Of a stretch of 64,000 bases of DNA, positions 58,889 to 64,000 are shown one piece after another. The number at the start of each line of letters is the position of its first letter. The stretch's first letter is position 1. Position numbers and translations under genes: made by a program. The notes under the pieces are model-generated. The model searched no databases. It had not been told where the DNA came from and was given only the letters and a program-made list of their open reading frames with translations. This stretch comes from Centroscyllium fabricii (taxonomy: Eukaryota): positions 527,620,001 to 527,684,000 of the forward strand of contig JBNRSN020000001.1 in assembly GCA_051313645.2 (NCBI GenBank), in the 5' to 3' direction.

Positions 58889-61800
58889 TTAAGTCCGGCG
58901 GGGTGAATGGACCGAGCAGTTCAGGATGAGTTTAACCGGCGGCCGCGTCTGTCTGGAGGACCGCCGGGTCTCTGTTAGTGGTTCTGGTGCCTGCAGCGTC
59001 GGCACCGGTGTCGGTGGTGGCGGGGGCGCTGGTGCCGGTACTGTAGGTGCTGGTGGTGGCGGTGGGGCCGAGCCCTGCGGTTGCTGCTGTGCCTGCGGCT
59101 GGTCGTCTGCTTCCTGGTCCTCAGCTGGCAATGGCGGGGGCTGTGGTGCGTATGGTAGTAGCGGCCAGCCTCCGGTGGGTTGAAGGTGATGTATCGGCCA
59201 GTGGTCGAGATGTAGTGGCTGGAGGTGGCCGAAATATAGTGGCTGGACGTGCTGGGGCCCGACCAAGGGATCTGCTGTGGTGCTCCCGGCGGGCGCTAGG
59301 TCCCTGATGGAGACGGTGTCCTCGCGCCCATCCGGGAACTGCACGTACGCGTACTGCGGGTTGGCGTGCAGCAGCTGCACCTTGTCTACCAGGGGGTCGG
59401 TCTTATGGCCGCGGACGTGATTTCTAAGCAAGACCGGCCCCGGCATCGTGAGCCATGGTGGGAGGGCTGTCCCCGAAGTCGACTTCCTGGGAAAGGAAAA
59501 CATCAAGTCATGAGGGCTGGCGTTGGTGGCCGTACACAACAGAGAGCGGATCGAGTGCAGCGCGTCTGGGAGGACTGCCTGCCAACGGGACACTGGAAGG
59601 CCTCTGGACTTCAGAGCCAAGCTGACCGCCTTCCAGATGATCCCGTTCTCCCTTTCTACCTGGCCGTTCCCCCGGGGGTTGTAACTGGTCGTTCTGCTTG
59701 AGGCAACCCCTTTCTGGAGCAGAAACTGACGCAGTTCGTCGCTCATGAACGACGATCCCCGGTCGCTATGGATGTAGCTGGGGAGACCGAAAATGGCGAA
59801 CACCGTGGGGAAGTGTTTGATCACCGTTGCGCTCGTCATATCTGGGAAGGGGAGGGCGAAGGGGAAGCGGGAGAACTCGTCTACGACCGTGAGGAAGTAC
59901 GAGTTGCGGTCGGTGGAGGGGAGGGGGCCTTTGAAGTCCACGCTTAGACGTTCAAAGGGGCGGGTGGCCTTTATGAGGTGCGCCGTGTCTGGCCTGAAAA
60001 ATTGGGGTTTGAACTCGGCGCAAACAGGGCACTCTCGGGTCATAGCCTTGATCTCCGTGATGGAGTAGGGGAGGCTACGGGATTTAACGAAGTGGGCAAG
60101 TCTGGTGACACCCGGGTGGCAGAGGCGATCATGGAGGTCCTTCAGCCGGTCTAGCTGGGCACTGGCGCACGTTCCCCTGGACAGCGCGTCCGGGGGTTCA
60201 TTGAGTATGCCTGGTCGGTAAAGAATGTCATACTCGTTAGTCGAGAGCTCGATCCGCCACCGCAGGATCTTACCATTCTTGATTTTACCCTTTTGTTTAT
60301 TATTAAACATAAACGCGACCGACCGTTGGTCGGTGAGCAGGGTAAAACACTTACCGGCCAGGTAATGACGCCAGTAGCGCACGGACTCCACGATGGCCTG
60401 GGCCTCCTTTTCCACTGCAGAGTGGCGAATTTCGGGTCCCGGTAGGGTGCGGGAGAAAAACACAACGGGCCTGCCTGCCTGATTCAGGGTGGCGGCAAGG
60501 GCAAAGTCCGAAGCGTCACTCTCCACCTGGAAAGGGATGGACTCATCAACGGCGTGCATGGCCGCCTTGATAATATCTTCCTTGATCCGGGCGAATGCCG
60601 TTTGGGCTTCTACCGAGAGGGGGAAGACGGCAGCCTTAAGGAGCGGTCTGGCCTTATCCGCGAACTGGGGAACCCATTGCGCGTAATAAGAGAAAAATCC
60701 CAGACGTCTCTTCAGGGCTTTGGGGTTGTGAGGAAGGGGCAGTTGCTGCAAGGGGCGCATACACTGTGGGTCTCGGCCAAGGACCCCGTTTTCCACCACA
60801 TATCCGAGGATGGCGAGCCGATCTGTACTAAAGACGCACTTATCTTTATTGTATGTGAGATCAAGCCGTTTCGCCGTGTGGAGAAATTTGGCAAGGTTGG
60901 CATCGTGGTCCTGCTGGTCATGGCCGCAGATGGTCACGTTGTCCAGGTAGGGGAAAGTGGCCTGCAACCCGTTCTGGTCAACCATGCGGTCCATCTCCCT
61001 CTGGAATACCGACACTCCGTTGGTCACGCCGAAGGGGACCCGGAGGAAGTGGTAGAGCCGACCGTTCGCCTCGAAGGCGGTGTACGGGCGGTCGGCTTTC
61101 CGGATCGGGAGTTGGTGATACGCCGACTTAAGGTTGATTGTGGAGAACACCTTGTATTGGGCGATCTGGTTAACCATTTCCGAGATGCGGGGGAGGGGGG
61201 AGGCGTCGAGCCCGGTGTAGCGGTTAATGGTCTGGCTGTAATCGATCACCATCCGCTGTTTTTCGCCAGTCTTAACCACTACGACCTGGGCCCGCCAGGG
61301 GCTGGTGCTGGCTTCAATTATCCCCTCCTTCAGCATACGCCCGACCTCCGACCTGATAAATGTCCGATCCCCTGCACTGTAACGCCGACTCTTGGTAGCA
61401 ATGAGCTTGCATTTGGGGTCGAGGTTGGCGAACAGTGAGGGGGGGTCGACTTTCAGGGTGGAAAGGCCGCAGGTCGGGCTCCACTTTAGGAAGGGATTGT
61501 CCCGGCTACTGACGGTGAGGGGGGGCAGGGTCCCGCCGAACTCCATTGTCACGCTCTTAAGGTGGCACTGGAAATCCAGTCCCAGTAAGACTGGGGAGCA
61601 CAACTGCTTGAGTATGTACAATTTAAAATTACGGTACATGCAGCCCTTAACTGTGAGCGTGACGGAGCAGTAGCCGGTGACGCCCGCCATGTGGCACTGT
61701 GAAGCAAGGGAGACTTGATAGCGCGTGGGCAGGATCTGCAGTCCGTAGCGCTGCGCTGTATCGGGGTGGATGAAGCTCTCTGTGCTTCCGGTGTCGAACA

Positions 61801-62323
61801 GGCAGTTAGTGGCATGGCCGTTAACTTTAATCCCCATCATGGAGTTTGATAGGGTGTGCGGCCTAGCCTGATCGACTTTCAGGGTGGCTGAAGCCGAAGT
61901 GTGTGTGTGGGAGCCCTCCGTTGGCCGGGGCCGTGCACAAGATGGCGGCACCCGTGGTACGCACATGGCTGGCCGCTGAAGACAAGATGGCGGCGCCGGG
62001 GGTCGCACATGGCTGGCCGCTGAAGACAAAATGGCGGCGCCAGGGGGTCGCACATGGCTGGCCGCTGAAGACAAGATGGCGGCGCCGGGGAGTCGCACAT
62101 GGCTGGCCGCTGGTGACAAGATGGCGGCTCCAGGGGGTCGCACGTGGCGGGTCGCTCTGGACGCGGTGGCGGTGCCCGTGGTTCGCACGCAGCGAGCCGC
62201 GGTGGCTGGGTTGGTGGTGCCCGTGATTCGCACGCAGCGAGCCGCGGTGGCTGGGTTGGCGCTGCCCGTGATTCGCACGCACCGGGCCGCGCTGGGCGGG
62301 ATGCCGGCGTTGGGGGGTCGCAC
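58889..62323 (-). CDS. pol: Element E Pol (linker-PR-RT-RNaseH-IN)
   Basis: CLFDTGS, YLDN, SDASD and integrase motifs in a 1144-aa frame. Confidence 0.93.
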   Translation of the reverse strand: MRPPNAGIPPSAARCVRITGSANPATAARCVRITGTTNPATAARCVRTTGTATASRATRHVRPPGAAILSPAASHVRLPGAAILSSAASHVRPPGAAILSSAASHVRPPAPPSCLQRPAMCVPRVPPSCARPRPTEGSHTHTSASATLKVDQARPHTLSNSMMGIKVNGHATNCLFDTGSTESFIHPDTAQRYGLQILPTRYQVSLASQCHMAGVTGYCSVTLTVKGCMYRNFKLYILKQLCSPVLLGLDFQCHLKSVTMEFGGTLPPLTVSSRDNPFLKWSPTCGLSTLKVDPPSLFANLDPKCKLIATKSRRYSAGDRTFIRSEVGRMLKEGIIEASTSPWRAQVVVVKTGEKQRMVIDYSQTINRYTGLDASPLPRISEMVNQIAQYKVFSTINLKSAYHQLPIRKADRPYTAFEANGRLYHFLRVPFGVTNGVSVFQREMDRMVDQNGLQATFPYLDNVTICGHDQQDHDANLAKFLHTAKRLDLTYNKDKCVFSTDRLAILGYVVENGVLGRDPQCMRPLQQLPLPHNPKALKRRLGFFSYYAQWVPQFADKARPLLKAAVFPLSVEAQTAFARIKEDIIKAAMHAVDESIPFQVESDASDFALAATLNQAGRPVVFFSRTLPGPEIRHSAVEKEAQAIVESVRYWRHYLAGKCFTLLTDQRSVAFMFNNKQKGKIKNGKILRWRIELSTNEYDILYRPGILNEPPDALSRGTCASAQLDRLKDLHDRLCHPGVTRLAHFVKSRSLPYSITEIKAMTRECPVCAEFKPQFFRPDTAHLIKATRPFERLSVDFKGPLPSTDRNSYFLTVVDEFSRFPFALPFPDMTSATVIKHFPTVFAIFGLPSYIHSDRGSSFMSDELRQFLLQKGVASSRTTSYNPRGNGQVERENGIIWKAVSLALKSRGLPVSRWQAVLPDALHSIRSLLCTATNASPHDLMFSFPRKSTSGTALPPWLTMPGPVLLRNHVRGHKTDPLVDKVQLLHANPQYAYVQFPDGREDTVSIRDLAPAGSTTADPLVGPQHVQPLYFGHLQPLHLDHWPIHHLQPTGGWPLLPYAPQPPPLPAEDQEADDQPQAQQQPQGSAPPPPPAPTVPAPAPPPPPTPVPTLQAPEPLTETRRSSRQTRPPVKLILNCSVHSPRRT

Positions 62324-63246
62324 ATAGCCGGTCGTGGCTGAGTTTGGCGTGCCGTGGGCATCAGGGTGGGGGATGGGGGCGCTTGTACTCTACCCCCGGA
62401 CCGTCGCTGTATCGCGCTGCAGCTGCAGCTTACCTGAGGCCAAGGGCCGGTGTTGGAGCTTTCGCAGGCCGCGCTGTTGTACCTGGAGCTGGACGCCGGG
62501 GCCGATTTGCAGGCCTTGGCGTAGTGTCCCTTTTTCGAGCACCTCTCGCAGGTCGCAGTCTTCACGGGGCATTTCGCCCATGGGTGTAGTCCCTGGCCGC
62601 AGAAGTAACATTTCTTCCCCGCCGGCGTCTTCGCAGCTGCCGCTGCCATTGTGGGGGTCTCGACCCGTTGTGGGGTTGTCCAGGAGTCGAAGGTAGCGTG
62701 TGGGTTTGGGCCGCCGTACGCCTGTAGCTTGCGGCGTGTGCCCTCCACGGCGTTGGAGACGGAGATCGCCTCGTCTACAGTTAATGTGTCCTTTTCCAGC
62801 AGCTGCTGGCGGGCCTCTGCGGACTTGAGTCCGGTTACATAGGCGTCCCGGACGAGGAGGTTTGCCTCCTCTTGTGCCGTCCGTGGTTGGCAGTCACAGG
62901 CCCGGACGAGAGCTTGGAGCGCCAGCAGGAACTGTTCGTTAGACTCACTTGATAGTTGCGGTCAGGTCGCGAGCACATGTCTGGCGTAGACAGAGTAGAC
63001 CAGGCGCTCATAGCATTTCTTCAATTTCTCCACGGCTGCGGTGTACGTCGTAGCGTCGCGGATGTTGGAGAAAACTCGGCTGGAGATCCTGGACCGGAGA
63101 ACATGTAGTTTGTTCGCATCAGTTGTAGCCTTGGCGGCGTCCATGTAGGCCTCGACGAGGCCGAACCAGTGTTCGAAGGTGTTGGCGGCAGCTGGGTCCT
63201 GTGGACTAATGTCCAGCTTCTCGGATTTTACAGCGCCGCTCTCCAT
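61879..63246 (-). pseudogene. gag: Element E gag (premature stop at 62962)
   Basis: Two in-frame ORFs separated by a TGA; knuckles present. Confidence 0.88.
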
Positions 63247-63572
63247 TTCAAAATTTTAAGCTAATAAAATTGACGTATCGTCAATAGTCTTAATAAAACT
63301 AAAGATGCGTAGTTACCTTAACTAAAGGCTTTTATTAGCTTACAAAGGAGCTACGCTCCGATCGAACATCAGGTACAGAATGAATGAGGGCAGGTCAGGC
63401 CCCACCTATAAAGCACTCACCTGAGGGGAGGAGTTAGAGGTGTGGCTGACCTGACCCCGCGACAGTGTCGCAATACAGAACAGTTGTATCATGCACCCGA
63501 CCGCTATACATACACTGTAATATTGGTAACAGTATTAAGGTGGTAATAAGAGTACATATAACGGTTGCAACA

Positions 63573-63790
63573 ACTGGCCTCAACAATGTTCTGTGGTAGA
63601 GAATTCCACAGCTTCACCACTCTCTGGCTGAAGAGGTTTCTCCTCATCTCGGTCCTAAATGGCTTACCCCTTATCCTTAGTCTGTGCCCCCTGGTTCTGG
63701 ACTTCCCCAACAATGGGAACATTCTGCCCGCATCTAACCTGTCTAAACCCGTCAGTATTTTAAACGTTTCGATGAGATCCCCCCTCATTC
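63573..63790 (-). mobile_element. CR1 3' fragment
   Basis: RGDLIETFKIL...FSQRVVKLWNSLP. Confidence 0.8.
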
Positions 63791-63791
63791 A

Positions 63792-64000
63792 GGGCAGCAC
63801 GGTGGCATAGTGGTTAGCACTGTTGCCTCACAGCACTAGAGACCTGGGTTCAAATCCAGCCTCGGGTACTATCTGTGTGGAGTTTGCACATTCTCCCCGT
63901 GTCTGCGTGGGTTTCCTCCAGGGTGCTCCGGTTTCCTCCCACAGTCCAAAGATGTGCGGGTTAGGTTGATTGGCCAGGATAAATTGACCCTTAGTGTTAG
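63792..64000 (+). mobile_element. V-SINE running off the window
   Basis: tRNA-like head and V domain. Confidence 0.85.

Larger units (their letters stand above)
56701..63572 (-). mobile_element. Gypsy tandem: element E (LTR 63271-63572 to LTR 57439-58869) plus truncated second unit F sharing the LTR
   Basis: Two homologous LTRs, each followed by the same leader and a gag start (63246 and 57414). Confidence 0.9.

Noticed and set aside
60554-61438. Long antisense ORFs over pol and RT (also 50921-51532, 17864-18511, 11892-12653)
   Set aside because: Shadow frames from GC-rich codon usage or tandem repeats; not consistently open among copies
61879-62323. Programmed -1 frameshift between gag and pol in E
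   Set aside because: The shift maps to a 1-nt loss in a linker repeat near 62000, and B has gag-protease in one frame

Overview
Repeat-dense vertebrate genomic DNA, most likely a cartilaginous fish (HE1/V-SINE-type SINEs, CR1 and Rex1/Babar LINEs). Contents: the right part of a PIF/Harbinger transposon (1-2697); a three-level nest of Gypsy LTR retrotransposons (3370-19650); more members of one Gypsy lineage (49728-53791, solo LTR 54464-54730, tandem 56701-63572); many Harbinger- and Tigger-like MITEs; Penelope-type hammerhead ribozyme repeats; a 5S-derived SINE candidate; and a few candidate exons of an unidentified minus-strand host gene. Main discovery candidate: the Gypsy lineage (copies B, C, D, E/F) has no tRNA primer-binding site. 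The 11-14 nt just after the 5' LTR are instead exactly complementary to the LTR's own poly(A)-signal segment, and the two arms covary across four diverged subfamilies. The same lineage has a conserved hairpin over the PPT, a YLDN (not YxDD) RT motif, a conserved splice donor after gag and tandem YY1 sites in the gag-protease linker. All coordinates were read by eye; no database searches or folding programs were run.
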